DNA of 64,000 nucleotides from an uncultured Verrucomicrobiae bacterium (GCA_963813025.1 CAWEXO010000014.1:384001-448000); one strand, 5' to 3'. Shown: positions 10,318-21,025, numbered from the stretch's first letter. Notes: generated by a model not told the origin, from the letters alone. A program made the numbers and translations.

Positions 10318-12093
10318 TCAACGGCCGTCGCCGTTTTTTCTTAGCTGAAGGTGGACCTCTCGGAGCTGCTTATCCGGCACGCTGGTCGGTGAGCCCATCA
10401 TCAGATCGTATCCTCGAGAATTCTTCGGGAACGCAATCACGTCGCGGATGTTCGCGGCCTGAGTGATCAGCATGACCAGCCGATCTACTCCGATCGCGAT
10501 GCCCCCGTGCGGGGGCGCTCCGAAGGTAAATGCTTGCAACAGATGGCCAAACAAGCGTTGCTGCTGCTCGGCTGAAATGCCTAGTGCGCCAAAGACCTTC
10601 TGTTGAAGGTCCGGTTCGTGGATTCGGAGGCTGCCGCCCGCGATTTCGACTCCATTCAGAACACAATCGTAAGCCTCCGCCCGGATCGCTCCGTATTGGC
10701 CTTGTTCCAGGAGTGGAATGTCTTCTGCCTTTGGACGCGTGAATGGATGATGCCGCGCGTTCCACTTGTTCTCGGTCGCCGAGAATTCCATCAATGGAAA
10801 ATCGATTACCCAGAGAAACTTGAGCTCGTCGGGATCCTTGGCCAGAGCGAGAAGCTCGGTAACCCGGAGCCGGATTCGCCCCAAAACCGTACAGACGGTT
10901 TCCCACTGGTCGGCGCCAAAAAGCACCAGGTCGCCTTCCTCAATCCCGAGGCGCTGTTGCAAGACAGCTTTTTCGTTTTCGGATAAAAACTTGGCAATTG
11001 GCGATTTCCATTCTCCGCCTTCTATCTTGATGAACGCGAGTCCCTTTGCGCCGGCTAGTCGGGCGAGTTCGGTGAGTTCTTCGATTTGGCCAGTGGTGAT
11101 GCGCGCGAACCCTTTGGCATTCATGGCTTTCACGACACCGCCCCGATCGAGGGCGCCGCGAAACACCTTGAACTCCGTTTGCCGGAATGCGTCACCTAAA
11201 TCAACCAGCTCCAGGCCAAAGCGCAGATCCGGCTTGTCCGTGCCAAAGCGATCCATCGCTTGCTGATACGAAAGGCGGGGAAAAGGCAGCGAGGGAGTAA
11301 GACCCCGGGTTGCTTGAAAAATCGCGGTCAACAGGCCTTCGACCAGGTTAATGATATCAGCAACCTCGATGAACGAAGCCTCCACGTCGATCTGCGTGAG
11401 TTCAGTAATCCGATCGGCCCGGGGATCCTCGTCGCGAAAACATTTGGCGATCTGGTAATAGCGTTCCAGGCCACCCACCATGAGCAACTGTTTATATTGC
11501 TGTGGGGACTGCGATAACGCGTAGAAATGTCCGGGAATCAGCCGGCTGGGAACCAGGAACTCCCGAGCGCCTTCCGGAGTGCTCTTGGAAAGCACGGGTG
11601 TGTCGACTTCGATGAATCCAGCGCGATCCAAATATTCGCGGGCAGCCTTGTTAAAGGCGTGGCGCACCCGCAAATGTCGCCGCATCGCCGGGCGGCGCAG
11701 GTCGAGGTAGCGATACGCGAGACGAAGATCTTCGTTGGCGACCGAACCGTCGATCTGAAAAGGCAATGGGGAACAGCGATTCACAATCCGCATTTGTTCC
11801 GCAACCAATTCAACTTCCCCCGTTGCCAGCCGCGGGTTTTCTGTGCCCGGCAAACGGGCGGCGACTTTGCCGCTCACCTGAATCACATCTTCGTCACGCA
11901 GCGTTTCCGCCTCGTTCGCGCTTTCGGGGAACTGCTCAGGCCGAAAGACCACCTGGGTAATTCCTTCACGATCGCGTAAATCGATGAAGATGACGCCCCC
12001 GTGATTGCGCCGCGAAGCGACCCAGCCGGCCAGGGTCACCTGGAGGCCAACGTCGGACGTCCGCAGCTCGTTGCAATGATGGGTTCGGTACAT
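10318..12093 (-). CDS. aspS: Aspartate--tRNA ligase
   Basis: MYRTHHC, FIDLRD, QSPQQYKQLL, CFRDED, GAPPHGG, IAFPK. Confidence 0.97.
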   Translation of the reverse strand: MYRTHHCNELRTSDVGLQVTLAGWVASRRNHGGVIFIDLRDREGITQVVFRPEQFPESANEAETLRDEDVIQVSGKVAARLPGTENPRLATGEVELVAEQMRIVNRCSPLPFQIDGSVANEDLRLAYRYLDLRRPAMRRHLRVRHAFNKAAREYLDRAGFIEVDTPVLSKSTPEGAREFLVPSRLIPGHFYALSQSPQQYKQLLMVGGLERYYQIAKCFRDEDPRADRITELTQIDVEASFIEVADIINLVEGLLTAIFQATRGLTPSLPFPRLSYQQAMDRFGTDKPDLRFGLELVDLGDAFRQTEFKVFRGALDRGGVVKAMNAKGFARITTGQIEELTELARLAGAKGLAFIKIEGGEWKSPIAKFLSENEKAVLQQRLGIEEGDLVLFGADQWETVCTVLGRIRLRVTELLALAKDPDELKFLWVIDFPLMEFSATENKWNARHHPFTRPKAEDIPLLEQGQYGAIRAEAYDCVLNGVEIAGGSLRIHEPDLQQKVFGALGISAEQQQRLFGHLLQAFTFGAPPHGGIAIGVDRLVMLITQAANIRDVIAFPKNSRGYDLMMGSPTSVPDKQLREVHLQLRKNGDGR

Positions 12094-12110
12094 GGGTAGT
12101 GGAGGAGTCA

Positions 12111-12206
12111 GTGGTAGTGTCAGTGGTAGTGTCAGTGCTAGTGCTAGTGCTAGTGCTAGTGCTAGTGCTAGTGCTAGTGCTAGTGCTAGTGCTAGTGCTA
12201 GTGCTG
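12111..12206. repeat. Hexamer tandem repeat, (GTGCTA)11 plus degenerate units, between hisS and aspS
   Basis: Perfect GTGCTA units at 12135-12200. Confidence 0.9.
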
Positions 12207-12235
12207 TTAATTGGCTATCTGCGATTGGTCATCGG

Positions 12236-13495
12236 TTATCGGCTGGCGGCCTCCGCGAGCAGCACCGTTAATTCCTCGCTACGAACCATCTTCTCGCTCC
12301 GGTCGGACTGCATGCGCACGCGGACCAGCGGCCATTCGCGTCCGACGACGACAACGACCTTTGCGCCAAGCACTTCGGCCAGCTCAAATTGTTTGCCGAC
12401 CTTCATCGCTTGCAGCGGGAAGTCCAGAAAAACGCCCTGTTGACGGAGAGATCTGGCGATTTCGAGCGCTTCCGGTCGTCGATTTTCCTCGGCAATCACG
12501 ACGTAAGCAGACAAGGCATCGCGCCGGATCGTGCTCTCCGCGCGCTCCCGGGCATGCGGTAGTTCTTGTAGAAGGTTGGTTAAAACCAAGTCGCCAATGG
12601 CGAAACCGGCGGCCGGTAAGTCCACCGCCCCATCGCTGACGGTGCTTACGAGGTTGTCATAGCGACCGCCGCCCGCAATCGAGCGATTCTCCCGCTGGCG
12701 ATCGAATAACTCGAAGACTAGACCGGTGTAATAATCCAGACCACGCACAATCCGGAGATCGAGATCGATAAAGCTCTCGATGCCGCGCCAGTGCAGTTCC
12801 TGCCAAAGTCGTTTAAAGCCCGGGATTGCTTCCGGCGAGGTCTGGAGAACTGCTTCCACGTCGCCCAACGCGATTCCCAAGGCCGCAAGGTTTTTTTCGA
12901 TCGTGACCGGCGATTCCCTTTCCCACTTGTCAACAATTGCGAGAAATTCCGGCAAGCGCTCCGGCGGGCCCTGGTGGCGAGCAAAAAACTCCGCCCACAG
13001 TCTGCGGTCATTCAAGCGAACGGAAAAATCGTCCTGCGTTAAGCCGAAAGCCCGCAACATCTCGACGGCCAAGGCAACAATCTCCGCGTCGGCGCCCGGA
13101 GAATTATCGCCGAAGATATCGCAATTGACCTGATAAAACTCTCGGGCCCGACCCTTTTGCGGGCGTTCGAACCGGCAGAAGCCGCCGATGCTGAACCATT
13201 TGAGCGGCTTGCGAAACTCGCGCCAGCGAGTGGTTACCAGGCGTGCCACCGTCGGTGTCATTTCGGGACGCAAACAAACGTCGCGACCGCCTTGATCCAC
13301 AAACCGGAACAGCTGGGTCTTCAGCTCCTCTCCGCTCTTCTTTTTGTAGAGTTCAGTCGGCTCGAGGATCGGGCCGTCATATTCCTGAAATCCAAAACGG
13401 CGCGCGACTTCCCGCCACGTTTCAAAAACGTAGTTTCGAAATGAGCAGTCTTCTGGATAGAAGTCCCGGAAACCGGGCAGCCGTTGAATTTCCAT
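12236..13495 (-). CDS. hisS: Histidine--tRNA ligase
   Basis: Start at MEIQRLPGFRDFYP; LRPEMT, RFERPQKGRAREFYQ, RGLDYYTG, GGGRYD. Confidence 0.96.
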   Translation of the reverse strand: MEIQRLPGFRDFYPEDCSFRNYVFETWREVARRFGFQEYDGPILEPTELYKKKSGEELKTQLFRFVDQGGRDVCLRPEMTPTVARLVTTRWREFRKPLKWFSIGGFCRFERPQKGRAREFYQVNCDIFGDNSPGADAEIVALAVEMLRAFGLTQDDFSVRLNDRRLWAEFFARHQGPPERLPEFLAIVDKWERESPVTIEKNLAALGIALGDVEAVLQTSPEAIPGFKRLWQELHWRGIESFIDLDLRIVRGLDYYTGLVFELFDRQRENRSIAGGGRYDNLVSTVSDGAVDLPAAGFAIGDLVLTNLLQELPHARERAESTIRRDALSAYVVIAEENRRPEALEIARSLRQQGVFLDFPLQAMKVGKQFELAEVLGAKVVVVVGREWPLVRVRMQSDRSEKMVRSEELTVLLAEAASR

Positions 13496-13609
13496 GCTGA
13501 GAACCGACAAGAACGCATTGAAAGTAACCTTTTGCAACGCTTCCGGCGGCAAGTCCGACCGAGAAGAATCACTGGCGCGCCCGAAACTCTCTGCCATGTT
13601 GTCGACCCC

Positions 13610-14002
13610 ATGAATGCGAGAACACTGAAGGTCGGTTTGCTGCCTGGGAGTCTGGCGGTGTGTCGGCTGAAGCCGGAATCGAGCGTGCCGGACTGGGCCC
13701 TGCAAGGAACGTTTTCCTCTGTGACGCGTACGCTGGAAGCGTTGTCCGTGATCTGCGCGGCTGAGAATGTTCCGCCCGATGTTTATGCCAGCCGTGACTG
13801 GCGCGCTCTGAAGATCGAGGGGCCGTTGAATCTGGAGCTTGTAGGAATTCTGGTTTCCGTCGCGGTGCCTTTGGCCCAAGCTGGTGTCGCCATTTTGCCG
13901 ATAGGCACGTTCGACACCGACTACATCCTGGTGCAGGAAGATCGTCTGGGAACCGCTCTAGAGGCGCTTCGCGCAACCGGTTTGGAAGTTGACGGCACGT
14001 AG
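13610..14002 (+). CDS. ACT-domain (CASTOR-like) protein
   Basis: FSSVTRT..LSVIC, WRALKIEGPL, GTFDTDYILV. Confidence 0.85.
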   Translation: MNARTLKVGLLPGSLAVCRLKPESSVPDWALQGTFSSVTRTLEALSVICAAENVPPDVYASRDWRALKIEGPLNLELVGILVSVAVPLAQAGVAILPIGTFDTDYILVQEDRLGTALEALRATGLEVDGT

Positions 14003-14048
14003 GGAAGAGAGGTTCGAGGGATGTCCCAGGGTGTCTTAGGTCCTGTGC

Positions 14049-14202
14049 CGGTAGGGCGGAAAATTTATTCGAGCCTTCGCGAGAACTTGTTTGAGCCGGA
14101 CACTTGGTGAGCCACCCGCTCCAGATGACTCCGCCTTCGCCAAGGCTATGGCGGACACGTCCAATAAGTTCTCGCCTGGCGCTCGAATGAATGTCGCCCT
14201 AC
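14049..14202. repeat. GTAG-type REP doublet, family A
   Basis: GTAGGGCGGAAAATTTATTCGAGCC...GCGAGAACTTGTTTGAGCC with an inverted arm. Confidence 0.8.
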
Positions 14203-14252
14203 TCCTATCAGCCAGGGCGAGACTGAAATAAAGGCTGCGTTTAACCGGTTTC

Positions 14253-15458
14253 TCAGAGCGTCGACACCACCTCGGCGGTCTGCCGGGCGATCATCAGCTC
14301 TTCATTCGTGGGGACTACCAAACATGTCAGGCCGGGCTCGCGCGTGATCCGGCCATTTTGACGCTCGCCATTTTCCTCGTTCCATTCCGGAACCAGATCT
14401 GGCTGGAGAAGCGCGAGGTGTTGGAGAGTGCGCGCCCGGATGAATGCGCTGTTTTCTCCAATGCCGCCCGTGAAAATCAGCGCATCAACACGTTCCAGAC
14501 CAGCCGCTAAACCAAGTAACCCGCGGGCCAGACGATAACAGAAGAGTTCAACGGCCAAACGAGCGTTGCCGTCGCCCTGGTTGACTGACTGCAGAATGGT
14601 CCGCATATCCTGGCTCAAGCCGGAGACGCCTAACAGGCCACTTTTCCGCGTCAGCAAGTCGGTGACTTGCTCGACACTCAACTGCTCCTTCTCGTTCAGA
14701 AAAAGATGGAGGTTGGGGTCGACGTCACCGCTGCGAGTGCCCATGACAAGCCCTTCGAGCGGCGTCAGCCCCATCGTTGTGTCGACGCTCTGCCCGTTCC
14801 GGATCGCGGCCGCGCTGCAGCCGTTTCCCAAGTGGGCGGTCAAGAGATGAAGACTCTCCAGAGGCCTGGCCAGCCGCTTGGCCGCCTGCTGCGCGACGTA
14901 CTGATGGCTCGTCCCGTGAAAGCCATAGCGCCGAATCCGGTATTTGCGATAAAGATCGAGAGGGAGAGCGTAATGAAAGGCGAAGCTCGGCAGGGTGTGA
15001 TGGAAAGCAGTATCGAAAACGGCCACCTGCGGCACGTTCGGAAAGAGTTCAGCGGTGAGTCGGATGCCCTGGGCCGCGGGTGGATTGTGCAACGGAGCGA
15101 GCTCGCTCAACGACTCGATGCGGCTGAGCACCGACGAGGTAACCAACGTGGCTTCGCGGAAATCCTCGCCACCGTGCACTACGCGGTGTCCGATCGCCTG
15201 GACCTCAACCGGCCCTTGAGCGGATAGATGATCGATTACCCGGTGGAGAGCTGCTCGGTGATCGGCTTGGTCCTCCGGCAAGGGATTCGTCTGTTTTGCC
15301 CCGTCGGATAAAACAAACTTGAGCGACGCTTCCTTGGTGTTCAGTCGTTCTGCTATCCCGGAGGCAAGAACTGCTTCCGTCGAAAGATCGAATAGCGTGA
15401 ATTTCAGCGAGGAACTGCCGCTGTTGATAACAAAGACGTACCGTATCGCGGTGGGCAC
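14253..15458 (-). CDS. ackA: Acetate kinase
   Basis: INSGSSSLK, GHRVVHGG, LAPLHNP, FDTAFH, YGFHGTSH, TGGIGENS, TNEE. Confidence 0.97.
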   Translation of the reverse strand: MPTAIRYVFVINSGSSSLKFTLFDLSTEAVLASGIAERLNTKEASLKFVLSDGAKQTNPLPEDQADHRAALHRVIDHLSAQGPVEVQAIGHRVVHGGEDFREATLVTSSVLSRIESLSELAPLHNPPAAQGIRLTAELFPNVPQVAVFDTAFHHTLPSFAFHYALPLDLYRKYRIRRYGFHGTSHQYVAQQAAKRLARPLESLHLLTAHLGNGCSAAAIRNGQSVDTTMGLTPLEGLVMGTRSGDVDPNLHLFLNEKEQLSVEQVTDLLTRKSGLLGVSGLSQDMRTILQSVNQGDGNARLAVELFCYRLARGLLGLAAGLERVDALIFTGGIGENSAFIRARTLQHLALLQPDLVPEWNEENGERQNGRITREPGLTCLVVPTNEELMIARQTAEVVSTL

Positions 15459-15704
15459 ATCGGCTATCGTACCCGAAGCACCAGAAGGGGCAACGAATGG
15501 ACGTCAAAGAAAACAGATCGTTTCCGTGGAAATGGATCGCGGTTGGCGTCTTGATCCTCGCGTTGCCCGGCGAGAGCTAAACCAAGGTATCCTAAGCAAA
15601 AGCAATACGGAGCGATAGGCGTCAGCTGCCCGGTTGCAATTTGCGCAAAATAAGATCTTCTAATCCCCCGTAACTCGGGACCGGGGACTCGGGACCCGCG
15701 CGCT

Positions 15705-16193
15705 ATGAATATTTTTGATCTGCCTCCGATCAACGCCACGCTCAATGGTGTCAGCACCTGCCTGCTGACGGCCGGCTGGGCCGCCATCGTGCGTGATCGA
15801 AAACGGCTTCATATCGCCTGCATGATCACTGCGCTGGTCTGCTCCACGGCTTTTCTGGTATGTTACCTGACCTATCACTTCGGCTTGATGCACGCTTTCG
15901 GCGAGGGATCGATCCGTTTCACTGCTGAAGGCGTGATCAGACCGATCTACTATCTCATCCTTTTCACGCATTTGGCGCTGGCGGTGATCATTTTGCCGCT
16001 TGTGATTCTCACCGTCGTTCCCGCTCTGCGGGCTCGATTTGACCGGCACCGCCGGATGGGAAACTTTACTCTCCCGATTTGGTTGTACGTCTCAGTGACC
16101 GGCGTTCTTGTTTACTTCATGTTGTACCATTGGTTTCCCTCGACCCACTTTGACGAGCTTAAGCGCAAGTACGAGCTCAGGACAGCGCGATGA
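15705..16193 (+). CDS. DUF420 family membrane protein
   Basis: LPPINATLN, FLVCYLTYH, PIWLYVSVTGVLVY. Confidence 0.88.
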   Translation: MNIFDLPPINATLNGVSTCLLTAGWAAIVRDRKRLHIACMITALVCSTAFLVCYLTYHFGLMHAFGEGSIRFTAEGVIRPIYYLILFTHLALAVIILPLVILTVVPALRARFDRHRRMGNFTLPIWLYVSVTGVLVYFMLYHWFPSTHFDELKRKYELRTAR

Positions 16194-16834
16194 TCAGGAT
16201 TTTCGGGTGCGAGAGGCTGACGCTCCGCGCGAGCCTTCTTTTTTCGATTTGCCTCTGCGCGAGTTGCGATCAGCAGCGGATCGAGGTTTATCAGATTCCG
16301 AAACAGAACGTCAGTATGGAAGATTCCAGTCGGCTGGCTCCGCCGCCTCCGGCCCAGCCGGCCCGATGGGAGAAGCCGGCTGATTGGCAGGAGCAGCCGC
16401 TTACGGAGATGCGCCAGGGAAGCTTCAAGGTCGCATCGTCCGACGGGACTTCTGCCGATATTTCGGTGACGTCTTTTCCTGGAGCAGCGGGAGGAATTGA
16501 TTCAAACGTGAACCGCTGGCGCGGCCAGTTGGAGCTATCCCCTTTGGCGGGCGACGAATTGGACAAGGTCATCGTGCATCGCGACGTTGATGGTGTTCCT
16601 GCGATGCTCGTGGATTTCCAAACCGCGCCGGGGGCGGCCAAACCATCGCGTATTCTCGGCGCAGTATTCGAGCGGCCAGACCGAACTTGGTTCGTTAAAA
16701 TGACCGGCGAACCGGCTCTACTCGAGAAACAGAAAACCCACTTCGACCAATTCGTTCAGTCCTTCCGATTCTCGGGCCAAGGGCAGGAGAGTCCGGGTGC
16801 TTCAACGGGAGCGAAATCGACCAATGATAAATAA
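16190..16834 (+). CDS. Uncharacterised probable lipoprotein in the cytochrome c biogenesis operon
   Basis: Lipobox-like LCASC; NVNRWRGQL and TWFVKMTG segments; overlaps both neighbours. Confidence 0.7.
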   Translation: MIRIFGCERLTLRASLLFSICLCASCDQQRIEVYQIPKQNVSMEDSSRLAPPPPAQPARWEKPADWQEQPLTEMRQGSFKVASSDGTSADISVTSFPGAAGGIDSNVNRWRGQLELSPLAGDELDKVIVHRDVDGVPAMLVDFQTAPGAAKPSRILGAVFERPDRTWFVKMTGEPALLEKQKTHFDQFVQSFRFSGQGQESPGASTGAKSTNDK

Positions 16835-17975
16835 GCTCCTCAAGTTTTTTCGTCCGCTGGCCTCGCTGAAACTGACCATTGGCTGTCTCGCTTGCGCGCT
16901 TGTCCTGATCTTTGTCGGAACACTCGCCCAGGTGAATATCGGGATTTACGAAGCGCAGAACCGCTATTTCAAAAGTTTGTTCCTCTATTTTCAACCTCCG
17001 GGAACCGGCCTCCGCATTCCTTGGTTTCCGGGCGGCTATCTGCTTGGCACGGTCCTGCTGGTGAATCTGATCGCGGCTCACGCGGCGCGTTTCAAATTTT
17101 CGATAAAAAAACTGGGAATCATCGTCCTGCACAGTGGGTTGATTCTTTTGCTGATTGGCCAGCTCCTCACCAGCCTTTTCCAGATCGAAAGCCAAATGCG
17201 GCTCGATCAGAAAGAGTCCAAGAATTATTCGGAAAGTTTTTACCACGACGAGGTGGCGCTGGTTGACACCTCCGATCCGCACCACGACACGGTGGTCTCC
17301 GTGCCCGCTGATCGGCTGCGATCACAAGAACACATTCGTCTCCCGATCAATTCCTTGGAGCTGGTGGTCGACGAATTCTATCCGAACGCCGCCCTGATCA
17401 ATCCGAGTCAGTTACCGTCGCGGGAATATCCCCATTTGAAACTGGGTCCGATGGCGGTGGCGGTTCCCGTCGCGAAAACTTACAAGCAGGACGAGCGCAA
17501 CCAGCCGAGCGCGGCGCTGCAAATTCTGCAGAATGGTCAGGCGGTCACCACAGTGGATCTGGCGGCCGGCTTTCCTCGTTCGGCAACGTTCCAAGCAGGG
17601 GGAAAAACGTACGAAATCAGTCTCCGGCCGAAGCGTTACTACAAACCGTTCTTTGTGCGCTTGGACGAGTTTCGGCATGATCGTTATCCTGGGACGGAAA
17701 TCGCGAAAAACTTCTCGAGCAAAGTCAATCTGCTTGATCCGGCCAATCACGAAAATCGTGAATCCCTGATCTACATGAACCACCCGTTGCGCTATCGCGG
17801 GTTGACCTTCTACCAGGCCGGTTTCGATAATAACGACCAGACAACCATTCTCCAGGTGGTGAAAAATCCGAGCTGGCTCATCCCTTATATCTCTTGCGCC
17901 TTGCTGGCGTCGGGTATGGTGATCCAGTTTGGGATGCATTTGGTAAGCTTCCTGCGCCGTCGGGTCATCACATGA
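16824..17975 (+). CDS. resB: Cytochrome c biogenesis protein ResB/CcsB-like
   Basis: N-terminal TM helices with LHSGLIL; YMNHPLRYRGLTFYQ; C-terminal TM. Confidence 0.85.
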   Translation: MINKLLKFFRPLASLKLTIGCLACALVLIFVGTLAQVNIGIYEAQNRYFKSLFLYFQPPGTGLRIPWFPGGYLLGTVLLVNLIAAHAARFKFSIKKLGIIVLHSGLILLLIGQLLTSLFQIESQMRLDQKESKNYSESFYHDEVALVDTSDPHHDTVVSVPADRLRSQEHIRLPINSLELVVDEFYPNAALINPSQLPSREYPHLKLGPMAVAVPVAKTYKQDERNQPSAALQILQNGQAVTTVDLAAGFPRSATFQAGGKTYEISLRPKRYYKPFFVRLDEFRHDRYPGTEIAKNFSSKVNLLDPANHENRESLIYMNHPLRYRGLTFYQAGFDNNDQTTILQVVKNPSWLIPYISCALLASGMVIQFGMHLVSFLRRRVIT

Positions 17976-19864
17976 AAAGGTTTCTCCCCTGGGCAATCAG
18001 CCTAGTTTTCGTGCTTGGAGTGCTTGGCCGGATGCTGCCCGGAAGGCCAGTGCCCGGTGTTGACCTCCAAACCGTGGGCCGTCTGCCAGTACTGGTCGAC
18101 GGACGAGTGATGCCGTTGGATACCCTCGGCCGTCTGTCCCTGTCTTCGATGAACCATCACGGGCTTTACGAAGCGCCCGATGGAAGCAAAACGATCGGCA
18201 CGCCCGTCCAATGGGTGCTCGATGCTTGGATGCAACCGGAACACGCTGACGCGACAAAGTTGTTCGAGATTAGCGAAGCGCGGAATCCTGATCTCTTCGA
18301 ATTTCTTGGCGCAAAGGACGTTTCCGCCACCCACTTCTCATTTAACGATCTCAAACCGCTTTTTCCCAAGATCGAAGAGCAGGCTGGTTTGGCTGCGCAA
18401 AGTGACCCAGAGACCCGCAGTGCTTTTCAGCGCGATATTTTGAAGCTGAAGACCGCGTTGCTCTTTTATCTTCGATTAAAAAACACGGTGCAGGTGGAAG
18501 ACTCCCCGGATTTCGGACAAGAGGTTGCAGTCTTTGGCAGCTTGATCCGGCCGGGGTTGCAAGCGATCCGCGATCGGGATGCCGGCCGGCCCTACAGCGC
18601 TGCCGATTTCGAACACATGCTGCTTTTCACGAAGCGGTACCAGAACGTACTTCAGGCCAAGTATGTGTTGGCTTTCCCCAATTCGACCGGGAGTAATCCT
18701 GATGAGCATTGGGAGTCCTTGGGAGAGGCTCTTCTGAGCGCGGTTGGCACCGGACAAATTCCCTATCCGGTGACGGCATATGCCAACATGATCTCAGCGT
18801 ATCGCAGCAACAACGTCAGCGGTTTCAACCAGACGCTGCACAATTATTACCAATATTTGCAGAAAACTATTCCGGCGGAATTGGTTCGACCAAAGGTGGA
18901 AGTCGCTTTTAATCAGGCCGCTCCTTTTCTCCAGGCGATGGTGCTCTACCTGGCGGTCTTACTTCTGGTCGTCGGCGCTTGGCTTATTTGGCCAAAGACC
19001 TTGGCAAAAACGGCAATCATCCTGCTTTGCTTTGCCTTCCTGATCCATACCGCTGGACTGATTACCCGGATGTATTTGCAGGGGAGGCCGCCGGTGACCA
19101 ATCTTTACAGCTCGGCGATCTTTCTTGGCTGGGCGGCAGTCCTGCTTTGTCTACTGCTGGAACGTCTATATCGGAATGGGATTGGCAGCTTTTGCGCGTC
19201 AATCATCGGATTTCTCACGCTGCTCATCGCGTACAACCTCCAACTGGATGGCGACACGCTCGAGATGTTACGCGCCGTGCTCGACACAAATGTCTGGCTG
19301 GCGACGCACGTCGTTACTGTCGTGCTGGGATATTCCGGCACCTTTCTCGCCGGGCTGTTGGGCGTCATCTATATTTTCCGCGGACTTTTTACGACGAGCT
19401 TCGACGAGAAAACAGCCAAGTCGCTCAGCCGCATGATTTACGGCATCGTCTGCTTTGCCGCGCTTTTCAGTCTCGTTGGCACGATCCTCGGCGGCATCTG
19501 GGCTGATCAATCCTGGGGACGTTTCTGGGGTTGGGATCCCAAGGAAAACGGGGCTCTTGGGATTGTGATTTGGAATGCCATTATTCTGCATGCGCGCTGG
19601 GGTGGGTATGCGCGGGAGAGGGGAATCGCTGTGCTGGCGGTTTTTGGCAACATTGTTACCAGCCTTTCCTGGTTCGGCGTGAACATGCTTGGTGTGGGAC
19701 TGCATTCCTACGGATTCATGGATCACGCGTTTGGTGTCCTGATCGGCTTTATCATCGGCCAATTGCTGATCATTGCGCTCGGCCTGGTACCACTTCGTCA
19801 CTGGCGTGGCATTCAGGCACGGAAGAGGTCCGTGCAGCCGGCGGCTCAACCCGCGGCGGTGTGA
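17972..19864 (+). CDS. ccsA: Cytochrome c biogenesis protein CcsA/ResC
   Basis: WWD-like motif GGIWADQSWGRFWGWDPKE; LATHV; GLHSYG. Confidence 0.93.
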   Translation: MKRFLPWAISLVFVLGVLGRMLPGRPVPGVDLQTVGRLPVLVDGRVMPLDTLGRLSLSSMNHHGLYEAPDGSKTIGTPVQWVLDAWMQPEHADATKLFEISEARNPDLFEFLGAKDVSATHFSFNDLKPLFPKIEEQAGLAAQSDPETRSAFQRDILKLKTALLFYLRLKNTVQVEDSPDFGQEVAVFGSLIRPGLQAIRDRDAGRPYSAADFEHMLLFTKRYQNVLQAKYVLAFPNSTGSNPDEHWESLGEALLSAVGTGQIPYPVTAYANMISAYRSNNVSGFNQTLHNYYQYLQKTIPAELVRPKVEVAFNQAAPFLQAMVLYLAVLLLVVGAWLIWPKTLAKTAIILLCFAFLIHTAGLITRMYLQGRPPVTNLYSSAIFLGWAAVLLCLLLERLYRNGIGSFCASIIGFLTLLIAYNLQLDGDTLEMLRAVLDTNVWLATHVVTVVLGYSGTFLAGLLGVIYIFRGLFTTSFDEKTAKSLSRMIYGIVCFAALFSLVGTILGGIWADQSWGRFWGWDPKENGALGIVIWNAIILHARWGGYARERGIAVLAVFGNIVTSLSWFGVNMLGVGLHSYGFMDHAFGVLIGFIIGQLLIIALGLVPLRHWRGIQARKRSVQPAAQPAAV

Positions 19865-20086
19865 GTGCTGTAGCGCGGACGGCCTCGTCCGGACCTCAGT
19901 AGTGCAATTGCATTGCGCGATTTCCCCGGGCGCCGGCAGGCGAAAATTCATCGGTAGGGACCGGCTCCTGTCGGTCCTTCCCTCTTCGGCTTAGCTGGCG
20001 ATTTCCTCGCTAGCTTTAGCTAGTGTGCTGGCGCGTTGCAGGATTGCGCTTTTCGTGGTTCCGCGTTTGAATTGCCTTTTTCCAGA

Positions 20087-20992
20087 ATGAGCAAGCGTCC
20101 CGAAATAGTCGTAGTTGGCAGTTCTAACACCGATCTGGTCATCTTTTGCGAGCGCTTGCCTAAACCTGGCGAAACTGTTTTGGGGGGCGACTTCCAAACT
20201 TTCGGGGGAGGTAAAGGCGCCAACCAGGCAGTGGCGGCTGCGCGCGCGGGTGGGTCAGTAAGCTTCATCGGCGCTTTTGGTTCCGACGACTTTGGGGAAG
20301 CCGCCCGGGAACGCCTGGCCAGGGAACGGATCAACACGGAATATTTTCGATGCACGACAGCGGCCCCGAGCGGAGTAGCTCTTATTCTGGTTGACGGCGC
20401 CACTCGGGATAATCTCATCGCGGTCGCCAAATCAGCGAACGACTTGGTCGATTCGACGATGGTCTCAGCGGCTCGACCTGCACTGGAACGCAGCGACGTC
20501 GTTATTGCCCAGCTGGAGATTCGGGACAGCGCGATCGAAGCAACCGCCCGGCTCTGTCAGGAGTTGAACAAAATTTTTCTGCTTAATCCCGCGCCATCAA
20601 GAAAATTGCCCAGGCCGATCCTCGAACGGGTTTCTGTGATCGTGGTCAACGAGCACGAAGCGCGTGATCTCACCGGGGAAGAGGAAGTTGATCGAGCTAT
20701 CGCCCGCCTGCATGAAGCCGGTTGCCGTAAGGTTGTGGTGACGCTTGGGCCTGAGGGCGCTCGACTTTCTGTGGGCGCGGCGATCATCTCAGTGCCCGCG
20801 CCCAAAGTCGAAGCAGTTGATACGACTGGGGCCGGTGACTGCTTTGTTGGTTGGCTTGGCGTCGGCTTGGGCGAAGGACTCACTTTCGAACAGGCTGCGC
20901 GCCGCGCCTGTATCGCGGCTTCATTGGCCGCCACCCGGCCCGGAGCGCAACGGGGCATGCCTTTCCGCGATGAAGTGATTGCGGGTTGCTGA
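20087..20992 (+). CDS. rbsK: Ribokinase (PfkB family)
   Basis: GGKGANQAVAAAR, NEHE, DTTGAGDCF. Confidence 0.9.
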   Translation: MSKRPEIVVVGSSNTDLVIFCERLPKPGETVLGGDFQTFGGGKGANQAVAAARAGGSVSFIGAFGSDDFGEAARERLARERINTEYFRCTTAAPSGVALILVDGATRDNLIAVAKSANDLVDSTMVSAARPALERSDVVIAQLEIRDSAIEATARLCQELNKIFLLNPAPSRKLPRPILERVSVIVVNEHEARDLTGEEEVDRAIARLHEAGCRKVVVTLGPEGARLSVGAAIISVPAPKVEAVDTTGAGDCFVGWLGVGLGEGLTFEQAARRACIAASLAATRPGAQRGMPFRDEVIAGC

Positions 20993-21025
20993 CCCACCCG
21001 CGTTGGGCGACGCACGAGGCGCGAG

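Noticed and set aside
12099..12443. ORF with a poly-VL hydrophobic stretch
   Set aside because: Translation of the GTGCTA repeat, antisense to hisS
13496..13879. 128-aa N-terminal extension of HisS
   Set aside because: Overlaps the ACT gene on the other strand; HisS similarity starts at 13495
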